A program made the position numbers and the translations under genes. Positions 17,932 to 27,900 of a DNA stretch of 64,000 nucleotides are shown in pieces. The notes below the pieces were generated by a model, which was given only the letters and a program-made list of their open reading frames with translations, was not told where the DNA came from and made no database searches. Location of the stretch: the IMG/VR virus record IMGVR_UViG_3300030419_003599, positions 1-64,000 of that record; one strand, 5' to 3'. Source of the DNA: a virus. Each line of letters opens with the position of its first letter. Position 1 is the first letter of the stretch.

Positions 17932-18815
17932 AGCCAATAGATTCTGCTTGGGCGATTCTTAAGAATCCGGCTTTAGAAACAATGACACCTGCCGCTGTAG
18001 ATGCCGCAGGACCCGGTTTTTTCCTTGGACCACAAGGAATACAAGGGCAGAGTGGTCCTTTTATGTTCAATATGGGGGGTAGAGGGGCTAATCGCCCTAG
18101 TACAGCCAGACTCCTTCATGGTTTAGCCACAGGTCAAGCACCAAGAGGGACTAAGCGCGCACTTGCAGGAAGAGCGGCTGGGACTGGTTTAGGTCTGGTC
18201 AATGCTTTATTGGCTGCAGAAAGAGCACAGCGTGGTGGAGATATTGAAAGTGCTCTTGGTGCCGCTTATGCTGGCTATCAAGTACCTAAACAAAGTATTA
18301 CTGGTGCCGCAGAAGGGGAATGGAGCCATAAACCAATGTTGGATGCCCATGGGCGACCTATGCGAAAACCCAGATTAGATGAAGAAGGTAATCCAATATT
18401 AGACAAAACAGGGCGACCTATAATGGACCCAATGTTAGAGGAAGAACAAACACCCGGTGGCGCAATCGGAGGTCAGATGGAGGCCGCTCAACTTGGTCGT
18501 TCTTTTTACGATAATATAGTACAAGAAGAAGACCCTATTAATTTCCCTAGCGCTGCATCCGAATATGGCAACCTTCCTCCCCCTAAAGAAACATCTCTAC
18601 AAGCAGGGGTCCCAAATACAGCACCTACACTTGGTCAACTAAGAGCCTCAGCGACAGACACAATGCCACAAGGAGACCCTAATAGAATAACAAGTTGGAC
18701 AGGTACAGCAGTAGACCCAGCAGCGGACGCAACGCAGAATGTGGGGTTAGATGTATTCACAAACAGTGAACCGATGGACTTGGCTTTCCGTATGTTAAAG
18801 GGGGCTATGAGATGA
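17928..18815 (+). CDS. Hypothetical protein bracketed by motif copies
   Basis: MKPIDSAWAILK at the start; NSEPMDLAFRMLK at 18762-18800. Confidence 0.75.
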   Translation: MKPIDSAWAILKNPALETMTPAAVDAAGPGFFLGPQGIQGQSGPFMFNMGGRGANRPSTARLLHGLATGQAPRGTKRALAGRAAGTGLGLVNALLAAERAQRGGDIESALGAAYAGYQVPKQSITGAAEGEWSHKPMLDAHGRPMRKPRLDEEGNPILDKTGRPIMDPMLEEEQTPGGAIGGQMEAAQLGRSFYDNIVQEEDPINFPSAASEYGNLPPPKETSLQAGVPNTAPTLGQLRASATDTMPQGDPNRITSWTGTAVDPAADATQNVGLDVFTNSEPMDLAFRMLKGAMR

Positions 18816-20278
18816 GTGATGTTGAGAAACTCATTGAAGAAATGGACCGAGAAATGGCGGCCAAATCATTTGAGTTCTTTTTTACTGATATACTCGGGTA
18901 TGATTTCAATGACCATCACCGCGAGTGGGTAGATTGTTTGGACAATCACCGCTACTATGTAGTTAAAGCGGCTCGTGACCACGGTAAAAGCACTTTATTC
19001 ATGTCTTATGCTCTATGGATAGCGGCATTTAATCCCGGTACTCACATTATGATATTCAGTCACTCTCTTGAGCAGACTCTTGAGCATATGCGTATGATTC
19101 GTAGCCATATTGACGCTGAACCCATCCTACAATACCTCAAGCCACAAGGTATGCCATGGGCTAAATCCTACATGGAGTTCACAAACGGCAGCCGTTTGAT
19201 GGCTAAGTCGGTCGGCGGGGCAACTCGTGGTTTCCACCCTGATGTTGTAGTATGCGATGATATTCTTTGGGGTTCAACTGCTGGAGAGTTGGCTAGAACC
19301 GCTGATTGGTTTTATTCAGTTCTACTCCCTGTTCTTCACCACACTGGCCGTCTTATGATGGTAGGGACTCCATTTTCATATAATGACCTTTACACTGAAT
19401 TAGAATCCAAAGATGCTTTTGAAGTTGGAACTTTTCCTGCTATGGATTCTGATGGTATAGCATTATGGCCTAACCGTTGGGATGAAGAAGCACTAATGCA
19501 AAGGCGTATGTCAATGCCTGCTATCCAATTCGCCCGTGAGTATCTCTGTGAGCCTATTCACGATGTAGCAAGTATGTTTCCAATGGATATTTTGGAACAG
19601 GCGCGTGATGAAAATCTACGATTACTTGACCGGGCCGAAAGTGAATATGATGAAGAAGGTGAAAATATCGGCGTTTTTGGGCAACACTTTGTCGGTTGGG
19701 ACCCTGCTATTGCTTCTGATAAAAATGCAGACTATACAGCCATAGTAACAATGCGGACATTAGATGACGGCATTAAACAAGTAGTCCATGCCATCCACGA
19801 AAAGGGTTTGAACTCCGAAGCACAGAAACGCCATATCATTTTACTCAATAGTCGTTTCCAACCTGACCTTATTGAATTAGAAGGCAATAATTTTCAAAGA
19901 ATGTTTGAGACCGAATTGAGAGGTATGGATATACCAATTCGTACTTTTATGACAACTAGAGCACGAAAAGAGAGTTTATTCATGTCTCTTCTTCTCGCTT
20001 TTGAGCAGGGGCAAATTAGAACACCTTATGGGGATGAGAAGAGCAAAATATTTACTCATAAATTAGAGACTGAATTGAATAGATTTGGTATGACTAAACA
20101 AGGTAAGTTAGAGAGCGTGGGTGTGCATGACGACCTTGCTATGGGGCTTGCGTTAGCCAATTGGGCTACTAAAGAGTTCAAGGGCTCTGTTGTGATGTTA
20201 GATGATTTTCTTCCCGGGTTTGGGGAATGGGTCCAAGAAGAATTAGGTGGAGGAAGCCACCCATGGTATGTGATGTAA
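18812..20278 (+). CDS. terL: Terminase large subunit
   Basis: Walker A AARDHGKST, Walker B VVVCDD, coupling motif VGTP, RNase H-like nuclease motifs GWDPA...ADYTA and HDDLAM. Confidence 0.93.
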   Translation: MSDVEKLIEEMDREMAAKSFEFFFTDILGYDFNDHHREWVDCLDNHRYYVVKAARDHGKSTLFMSYALWIAAFNPGTHIMIFSHSLEQTLEHMRMIRSHIDAEPILQYLKPQGMPWAKSYMEFTNGSRLMAKSVGGATRGFHPDVVVCDDILWGSTAGELARTADWFYSVLLPVLHHTGRLMMVGTPFSYNDLYTELESKDAFEVGTFPAMDSDGIALWPNRWDEEALMQRRMSMPAIQFAREYLCEPIHDVASMFPMDILEQARDENLRLLDRAESEYDEEGENIGVFGQHFVGWDPAIASDKNADYTAIVTMRTLDDGIKQVVHAIHEKGLNSEAQKRHIILLNSRFQPDLIELEGNNFQRMFETELRGMDIPIRTFMTTRARKESLFMSLLLAFEQGQIRTPYGDEKSKIFTHKLETELNRFGMTKQGKLESVGVHDDLAMGLALANWATKEFKGSVVMLDDFLPGFGEWVQEELGGGSHPWYVM

Positions 20279-20279
20279 G

Positions 20280-20600
20280 ATGACTGATGCCTTAACTTGC
20301 CATTATTGCGGCCAGCGATTTAACCACCCAATGCAGCGTTTGATTCACGAAGAGCGAATGCATGAGGGCGGAGGAGGCTCCGAGAAAGACGCTATGTTCC
20401 AGACAGGTGAGCCTATGAATCTCGCTTGGCGTTTATTGAAAGAAAAAGAAGATGCCCCTAATTATCGTTGCCCGGCTGATGACCCGAAACAAAGTTGCGG
20501 GACTTGTAAGCATTGGGTCAAAAAAAGTGATGAAATAGGCACTTGTTCCCTCTTTAATTTCCAGTGCAATGCCAAATGCACTTGCGATGCTTGGAGTTGA
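20280..20600 (+). CDS. C2H2 Zn finger + repeat motif + HiPIP-like Cys domain
   Basis: CHYC...HEERMH; TGEPMNLAWRLLK at 20403-20441; NYR...CGTCKHW...GTCSLF...CDAW. Confidence 0.7.
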   Translation: MTDALTCHYCGQRFNHPMQRLIHEERMHEGGGGSEKDAMFQTGEPMNLAWRLLKEKEDAPNYRCPADDPKQSCGTCKHWVKKSDEIGTCSLFNFQCNAKCTCDAWS

Positions 20601-21966
20601 TATCATGTGGGGTTCGGGTTTAGTTGGCGACAATTATGATAGCGATTTAGATATTGAAGAAATACAAAGCCCTCTCGTGAGGGCAATTACTAAAGAGTTG
20701 TCACAGCACCCTCATTTCAAGGATAAACCGAAGGGGCTGGTTAGTATAGTCATCAATCTCCAAGGAAAAGAAAAAACAGAGGAGAAAGAGGAAGATATGT
20801 CTAAGAAATCTTACCCAGTATTCGCTGAAAATGGAGATGGTTGGTTTGAAGAAAATATTGGTAAGAGTGCTGATAATATTGTGAAAGACTTACGCAGAGC
20901 CCGCCGACATCATAAAGATTTCAAGAATGATATAGATGATATCATCCGTAGCGTTCAGACCCTAAAAGCCGCAGAAGTAGAAAATACTCTCCAGATGTTC
21001 CCATGGATGGATGGTCGTAGTGATACAATGCGTGAATTAGGTTTATCTGACCGCGATTTGAAAGCACTGCGTAGATTTGGTTCTGCTCGCTCTACTTCAT
21101 TAACTCGTGCTTGCGAACAGTGGGATAATGCAACTGGCGTAATTAAAACACTTGAATCAATAGAAGAAGCGTGGGATAGTGACCAAAAGAATGAATGGGC
21201 TAAGGCAATGAAACTTCGTAAAGATGCTCGTAAATCATGGAGAAGCACTTTACACCAAACTGATACTCTCAATAAATACGAAAAAGAATGGTTGAATATG
21301 GCTGTTGAAGAACTTGAACTTCGTGGCCCCATGAAAGCCCAAGATATGGTAGGCAATATGTTTGACAGAGGGCTTGACCAAAATCACAGAAAAGGTCTTT
21401 CAAGTCGCAAACTTGGCGGACTTCTGAATACATATGGGGAAGAAGTCAACATCATGAAGGGAGCAAGAAGAGGTGAATATGTCCTTCTTAAACAAAATGC
21501 TTTAGTCATCAAAGAATCTCAAGTGTGGCCTTATGCAGCAGGATTCCTTGATGCAGACGGCTATATTACAATCACAAAGAGAGGGGAGCCTCGTGCAGGA
21601 TTCATCGCTACAGGCGAGCGCGGGCGTGTGCATTGTGAGCAATTGCATAAAACTCTAGGTTGTGGAGTATTACAACTTGACCAGAAAGTGTATAAAGACG
21701 GGCAAAGAAGTCAGCACCGCCTCCAGTTTTATTCTAAAGATGATGTAAGGAAATTACTCAATGGTATCTCTCCTCATCTTCAAATGAAAAACTTACAAGC
21801 CAAAGCAGTATTAGAGTTCCTTGACGCAGATTCTGAAAGAAAAAGTCAATTACAAAGAGTAGTCCAATACCAAAATTGGTGTGATACAGCGAAAGGTAAA
21901 GAACTCCTCAATGAGTGGGGCATTAACGCAGAGACTATAGGTAAGTGGAGTGAGGCGATTAACTAA
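20569..21966 (+). CDS. Protein with C-terminal single LAGLIDADG endonuclease-like domain (likely start ATG 20605)
   Basis: YAAGFLDADGYITI motif at ~21532-21570 followed by typical beta-strand pattern and ISPHLQMK; ~310-aa unknown N-terminal region. Confidence 0.8.
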   Translation: MPNALAMLGVDIMWGSGLVGDNYDSDLDIEEIQSPLVRAITKELSQHPHFKDKPKGLVSIVINLQGKEKTEEKEEDMSKKSYPVFAENGDGWFEENIGKSADNIVKDLRRARRHHKDFKNDIDDIIRSVQTLKAAEVENTLQMFPWMDGRSDTMRELGLSDRDLKALRRFGSARSTSLTRACEQWDNATGVIKTLESIEEAWDSDQKNEWAKAMKLRKDARKSWRSTLHQTDTLNKYEKEWLNMAVEELELRGPMKAQDMVGNMFDRGLDQNHRKGLSSRKLGGLLNTYGEEVNIMKGARRGEYVLLKQNALVIKESQVWPYAAGFLDADGYITITKRGEPRAGFIATGERGRVHCEQLHKTLGCGVLQLDQKVYKDGQRSQHRLQFYSKDDVRKLLNGISPHLQMKNLQAKAVLEFLDADSERKSQLQRVVQYQNWCDTAKGKELLNEWGINAETIGKWSEAIN

Positions 21967-23744
21967 TGGTAGAAGAAGGAGAGGGTGGAAGCCGAATTGG
22001 TAGATTTCTATCTACATTAGCCAAGCCATTCAAGCGCAGAGAAACACCTGCCCCACAAATGCCACTTTGGACAAGTGGTATCCAAGAGCCAGTTCTTTCA
22101 CAAGGTATTACTATTCCTGCTCTTTATGCAGTTTCTAACGAGAATCTAATTCTACGCACAGTACTTTCCACTATTCGCCAAGAAATGTTTCGCCGTGGTT
22201 GGTTTTGGGAAAAGAAGTTTAGGCAAAAGTGCGAACAGTGTGATATAGAATATCAACATGAAGTAGAAGCGTGTGAAGAATGCGGGGGCGAAGTCAGAAA
22301 ACCTGACCAAGATGAACTCATATATCCTAAATGGTTATTTGGTCAAGACAACAGTATGGAGCAATCTTTCCTCCAAATACTTTCTGAGATTGAGAATGAT
22401 TTGAATATTGTAGATGACGCTTTTCTCATTATGGTGAAAGAGTATTTCGTGGATAAAGACAGTGGCAAACCTGCCTTTTATCGCATCAAAGAGATTATTC
22501 GCGGTGACCCAGTATTCATGCGTATAGTAGCGGATAAGCGTGGTGTTCGCGGAGGGCGCTACAAAGTCTGCCTCCTCCATCGTGACCAAGTTTCTTATCC
22601 GGGTCAAGAAACTGAGTGCCCTACTTGCGGAAATGAATTACACGATGTACATCACATTAATACTGCAGGAAGCGGTAAAACGCAATATTATCTTGAAGGA
22701 GAAGTAATACATATATCAAAATATAATCCTTCCAAACTCTATGGCAGACCGCCTGTGAATACATTATGGCGCCAAGCAATGACTCTTACTGCTATGGATA
22801 ATTATATCTATACAGCCTATCAAAAGCGTAGAACACCAAAAGGTATCATATCTGTGACTACAGACAACTTAGAATCCATGAAGTCTTTTTGGAAGGCTGT
22901 AGACGAAAAGATGGAGAGAGACCCGCACTATGTCCCACGAGTTGGTATTGAATCAAGTAGTGGTCGTGGTGGAGTGAATTGGGTTAAGTTCATGGATACA
23001 TTAGAAGAGATGCAATATATTGCTGTACGCGATGAGGTGCGTATGCGTATAGCAGCATTTTATGGTGTGTCTAATGTTTTCATGATGGATACTGGTAAAG
23101 GGGGTGGTTTGAATAATGAAGGCATGCAAATGGTTGTCACAAACCGCGCTGTTGAGTTTGGGCAAAAAATATATTCTGACCTTTTATTCCCTAAGATGCT
23201 TTCAGTTATGGGCGTTAAAGATTGGAAATTAACACTACGGCCTTCTGAGGAAGAAGATGAAGTTACCCGACTTCGTCGTGATGAAATGGAAGTTAATATC
23301 GCTCAGCGCATGATGATGTTAGGATTCCAGCCTGAACTCATTGATGAACATGAAAAGGATATACGCTTTACTTACAAATCACCTCCTCCTCAACCCGCTG
23401 CTCAACCCGGTATGCCTCCGGGTGGAATGCCTCCGGGTGGAATGCCTCCGGGTGGAATGCCAATGGCCGGTGGAATGCCACCAGCAATGATGCCGGGAAT
23501 GAATCAGTCTCACCCGTCTATGTCAAGAGGTATGGCACCGGGTATGGCGCAAGCAATGCCCGCTTCACAGCCCGGGGGAGAAGGTATGGGCATCCGAACG
23601 CCTAGTGGTCCTGCAGCACCAGTAAGAGGTTCTATGACCGCAGGCGCTCCCTTCCAAACTACTCAACAAAGAGGAGTGCAACCCGGCCCATCTGGTATGG
23701 CTTCTCAAGCAATTATGGACGCTCGGCGGCCTAGGGGTCTTTGA
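21966..23744 (+). CDS. Portal protein with Zn-ribbon insertions and Pro/Gly/Met-rich tail
   Basis: Follows terL; EVIHISKYNPSKLYGRPP and RIAAFYGVSNVFM portal-like segments; CxxC pairs. Confidence 0.85.
   Translation: MVEEGEGGSRIGRFLSTLAKPFKRRETPAPQMPLWTSGIQEPVLSQGITIPALYAVSNENLILRTVLSTIRQEMFRRGWFWEKKFRQKCEQCDIEYQHEVEACEECGGEVRKPDQDELIYPKWLFGQDNSMEQSFLQILSEIENDLNIVDDAFLIMVKEYFVDKDSGKPAFYRIKEIIRGDPVFMRIVADKRGVRGGRYKVCLLHRDQVSYPGQETECPTCGNELHDVHHINTAGSGKTQYYLEGEVIHISKYNPSKLYGRPPVNTLWRQAMTLTAMDNYIYTAYQKRRTPKGIISVTTDNLESMKSFWKAVDEKMERDPHYVPRVGIESSSGRGGVNWVKFMDTLEEMQYIAVRDEVRMRIAAFYGVSNVFMMDTGKGGGLNNEGMQMVVTNRAVEFGQKIYSDLLFPKMLSVMGVKDWKLTLRPSEEEDEVTRLRRDEMEVNIAQRMMMLGFQPELIDEHEKDIRFTYKSPPPQPAAQPGMPPGGMPPGGMPPGGMPMAGGMPPAMMPGMNQSHPSMSRGMAPGMAQAMPASQPGGEGMGIRTPSGPAAPVRGSMTAGAPFQTTQQRGVQPGPSGMASQAIMDARRPRGL
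23412..23461 (+). repeat. 15-bp tandem repeat ATGCCTCCGGGTGGA x3 (MPPGG)
   Basis: Read directly in the portal tail. Confidence 0.95.
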
Positions 23745-24127
23745 AAAGGTTGAATAGGCGAGTCCTTATGGGAGGTGCAGGTGACGATATGTCTGACTTA
23801 AGTAAAATGGACCCGATGGCTATGAAATTGAGGGCCGAAGTAGAGGCTTTTCATAAAGCGCTGGAAGGCGGAAATGCAAATGAAGCAAGGAATCGCATCA
23901 TGGAAGTCCAGAAGTTTGCTGACTATTTGGCTGATGATATTCATGCAGCAGTAAGAAAAGCAGAAAAGGCTACTGGGCCTAATGATATTTATGCAGGTGG
24001 AGCACCAGTCATGAAGTTTAATGAGACACAAAATGTGTTTGATGTTACTCAAAGAAACGATGTTTTGCCGGGTACTATTATTCCGGCAAGAACTGGTAAT
24101 ATCATGAAGCCATGGCGAAAGGTGTGA
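23741..24127 (+). CDS. Hypothetical protein (likely start ATG 23789)
   Basis: AGGTGA RBS before MSDLSKM. Confidence 0.7.
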   Translation: MKRLNRRVLMGGAGDDMSDLSKMDPMAMKLRAEVEAFHKALEGGNANEARNRIMEVQKFADYLADDIHAAVRKAEKATGPNDIYAGGAPVMKFNETQNVFDVTQRNDVLPGTIIPARTGNIMKPWRKV

Positions 24128-24130
24128 TTA

Positions 24131-24511
24131 ATGGGCGAAGAAAAGAACTCTGCAGAAGCATTAATGAATGTTCTTATCTCCAAAATGGAGGCCATGGATG
24201 GGGATATCAATGTTCTTAAACAAGAAAATAATCGTCTCAGGCAACTTGTCTCAAACCCAAATGCTCTTATGAAGCAAATGGGATTAGTCTCAGTATCTAC
24301 TCCTTTTTCGGAAGATGTTGCCCCTGACGGCTTTCGTCCTACAGAAGGAGATGCAATTTTGAAAAGCCCTGAAGAATTGGGGATACCGGTCAATAATACC
24401 GAGTTCCATAATACTTCATGGGAAGATATCCATGAAATGGCCGAACAAGCACGAGCGGCTGGTAATGTGGAAGAACCTTTCAAAGTAATAACAGGGAGGG
24501 ATAATAAATGA
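24131..24511 (+). CDS. Hypothetical coiled-coil protein
   Basis: Heptad pattern; AILK|S site; C-terminal TSWEDIHEMA resembles the scaffold end MEWGEVHRLA. Confidence 0.7.
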   Translation: MGEEKNSAEALMNVLISKMEAMDGDINVLKQENNRLRQLVSNPNALMKQMGLVSVSTPFSEDVAPDGFRPTEGDAILKSPEELGIPVNNTEFHNTSWEDIHEMAEQARAAGNVEEPFKVITGRDNK

Positions 24512-24957
24512 AGCCCCGTTGGACAGAATGCCATCCACGCGTAAATAATCTTGTGTCTAAAGCCAAAGACTTAGAAAAAAGAATAGAAAAAGCAGGTTGG
24601 GAAAACCCTCCTTCAGAAGGTTCTAAGATTGGCGGAGCCGATTTGGAAATAGAAACTGGGGGCAGAATAGCGCAGCGCCCACAATACTGGACAAATCAGT
24701 CTACTATTGAATCAGAAGCCATTACTCCAGAAGGCGCAGTTAAAGCCGCTGACCCTATCAATATGATGACAGCCCCTCCTAATCAATATGGACCTGAAGG
24801 CTCCACTCTTTACTCTCACGAGAGCGGCTCTGATACTACTACTGCTGCTTTGAAAAAGTCAGAAGACAGAGTTCTTGGTTCGTTACAAGAAGGTGACAGC
24901 CTCCGACTCCGCAAAGTCGCAGACGCGGCAGAGGACCTTGCTCGGCGACTTTTGTGA
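24508..24957 (+). CDS. Hypothetical protein
   Basis: Coupled ORF; IEK|A and LKK|S sites. Confidence 0.7.
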   Translation: MKPRWTECHPRVNNLVSKAKDLEKRIEKAGWENPPSEGSKIGGADLEIETGGRIAQRPQYWTNQSTIESEAITPEGAVKAADPINMMTAPPNQYGPEGSTLYSHESGSDTTTAALKKSEDRVLGSLQEGDSLRLRKVADAAEDLARRLL

Positions 24958-24968
24958 CCGGGTGAGGG

Positions 24969-27900
24969 ATGTGGATGAAAAAACAAGAAGGTCCAATAGA
25001 GGTTTATGAGCGTGCTCGCTCTACCTTAGCCAAGTCCTTAATGGACGGTATTGACCAAAAAAATGCTGCTGCTGAGTATTATTTTTCATTACTCAATTTA
25101 CAACAACATGGCGCTATTCGCTCATGGGATGAAGGAGATTGGGTTCTCCAGAAAATGATGGATGTAATTCTCAAAGATGATATTCAATTAGACAGCGACC
25201 AAAGCCCTGATTTAGGTGAAGGTGGGGGTCTTGAAGGATATAGAGAGACTGAACGAGCACTTGTCAATCATGCTTGGAGAGGGAGATACAAGCCGTTTCG
25301 CCCTCCCGCTGAATGGAAAAATGAACAACTAATGGCTGGAGATGAGCCGCATGGGGGTTTAATGCATGGTGCTTGGCCCGGATTAAAACATCTTAAACCC
25401 GGAGAATATCCCCATTTTCCTAATGAACACCCGTTTTCTTCAGATAATCATCCGCTTCTACAAGGAATGGAATATGGGACCCCAGAGTTTGTAGAAACAC
25501 TTGCTTCATTTTATTTGAGGCCAGACCCCAATACTCCTTCTAAAGCAGAGGAGGCTGCTATTGCTGAACGCAAATGGGAGATAGCCCATACTAATCACGC
25601 TATTACAAATCCTATTCATAGAACTGATGTGGGTCGCCATAGACAAAAAGTAAAACAAAATGAAGCCCATAAAACTCAACAAGAAGGCGAAGATTACGAA
25701 GCCATTTATGGTGATATTGAGATTCCTGAGAGAGGTATGTGGGCTAACCAAGGGGTACCTCAAGAGGAAGAAGAACGAGATTTCCCTCGTAGCCCATTCC
25801 TTGGACCATTAATAGGTAAAGGAGAAGGAGCACATGGCGCCCATCTCAATGATATATACAACCACCATTTTAACCGTTGGAAAAATAATCCTGAAAACTC
25901 AGAAGTTGTAGATGGGATAAAAGGGACATCTACTGAAGAAAAGGAATGGAACTTAAGGCAAGCGCATATGGAACATATGCGTAATGAATGGGTCAATGGA
26001 GAAGACCACATAGATGACGATGGTAAAGCCCACTCTTCTAAGTTAGGGTGGCTCGGTTATATGGGTGGTATGGAGTTTTTGACTCCTACAGAGCGGACTG
26101 ATGTAGTAAATCATATGCTAAATAATGGTACTGATTATGACCAAAACTCACCGCATGTTTCAATGGGTAGAATAAAGCGTAATTTTATGCAACGCTCTGT
26201 GCCCGAGTATTTGTGGTGGTATCGCCATCCCCAAATGCATGGACCTAATTTCCCTCAAATACCTGAGTTCCCTTATGAATATGAAGGTTCAGCGGGTTTC
26301 CCTGAATTACTTCAAGAATCTCAATACCATCTGGCGGGAGATACAGATGAAAGCATACATGATGTTCTATTAGACCATTTCAATCAAATGATGGGTTTTG
26401 AAGGGACTTCTGAACATACATTAATGCCCAGAATTATGCCTAATGGTAAAATCTACAAACAACGAGAAAGTGAAAGGTCATTACCGATACTTACTGACCA
26501 TACATATCGTATGTTAGCAGGTTATGACGAAAATGGGAATGCTTATCCTGCAAATGAACATCCTATTTTTGGCGAAAAATGGGAAGGGCCGTTGATTGGA
26601 CACGATGAATATAAGCAAGTGTATAAAAATGCCCTTGATAGCGCAAAACAGTCAATAGAAGGAAAAGGCATCCGAAATGCTGCTATCAATCATAGGGCAG
26701 CAGTTGGTCCTACAAAACAAGAAATTGAAGACCACAACCTCGGCGATTGGTATCTTGATAATACTAATGGGGAACATACCGATACGCTCGCTAGCCATTG
26801 GCACAAACCGTTCAATAAAGGCGGATTGAATCGGTCTCAAATGCATTATCTTCAAGCCCTCCATAGTTTTTTGACGACAGGTATAACTAGAGATGACCTT
26901 GAAACTAAAAGCGGCAAAGAAAAAATGCATCATAGCCATTCCTTGATTGGTAGTGGGGTGCACAACCCTGTTACAGGTGAATTAGATGGGTTTACTTTGC
27001 GCGATGATATGATGGGCATGTTGGCTTCAATTCATCCACCTATCGCTAGACCTCCGCGTTTAATGAAAGTCCCCGGTGAAACTCCTGAACAGGCAAAAAA
27101 GAGAAAAGAATGGAACTCCACCCCTCCTGAAAGAAAAATAGCAGAGATACTCAATCTTCATGAATCATCAGGGCCTGTAATTGGCCCAGACCTTAAGCCG
27201 ATTTTCCCCCCTCGTTCCGATAAGCATAATATCACATTAACTGCTTCAACTAATCATCCTGAGTTCTCCCAAAGAGCCATGCGTTTGAGTGATAGCGATA
27301 GACAAAAAGAATTAGGTACAAAAATGGCTTGGGATATGGATAAGCGTAATCTCCATACATATACTCCTTTTAATCGCATGGAAGCCCCTTTTAATCCTCA
27401 AGGACATATTAATCCGCGCACTGGTTCTATTATCTCAAATCGTATGGCTACTTTACTTGGGAGAATGCATCCCCCCAGTAACCCAATGCAAAGTAAATCT
27501 CTTAGTTTCAAAGATATAAGTGGAGGTTTAGTACAACCTCAACATATCAGTACAGGAGATATCCCTTCGTTCATGATTCAACAAGAATTGGTTACTCCAC
27601 AACTAGGTGGTCCTTCATTAGAAGAAGATAGAATGACTAAGATAGCCAATACTATAGTTGAAGAACTTATTGGTTTAGAAGAAGAAATGCATCATTCTCA
27701 AGGAAATGAGGAGAAAATGAAATCTCTTATTAATGAGTATAAGAGCATGGAAGAAGATTTGCGTTCTCTTGAGCAAGGTCTCATGGGGATGGATATAGAA
27801 GGCGCTAAATCTATGCATGGGAAAGGTATGGATTCATGGATAAAACATAACGATATGATGAGTAGCCATTTTGATGCAATTACTAATGTAGCGCAGCAAT

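Noticed and set aside
20569-21966. Intein or intron-encoded endonuclease interrupting terminase or portal
   Set aside because: No Cys/Ser start or His-Asn end splice motifs; terL and portal each look complete and contiguous.
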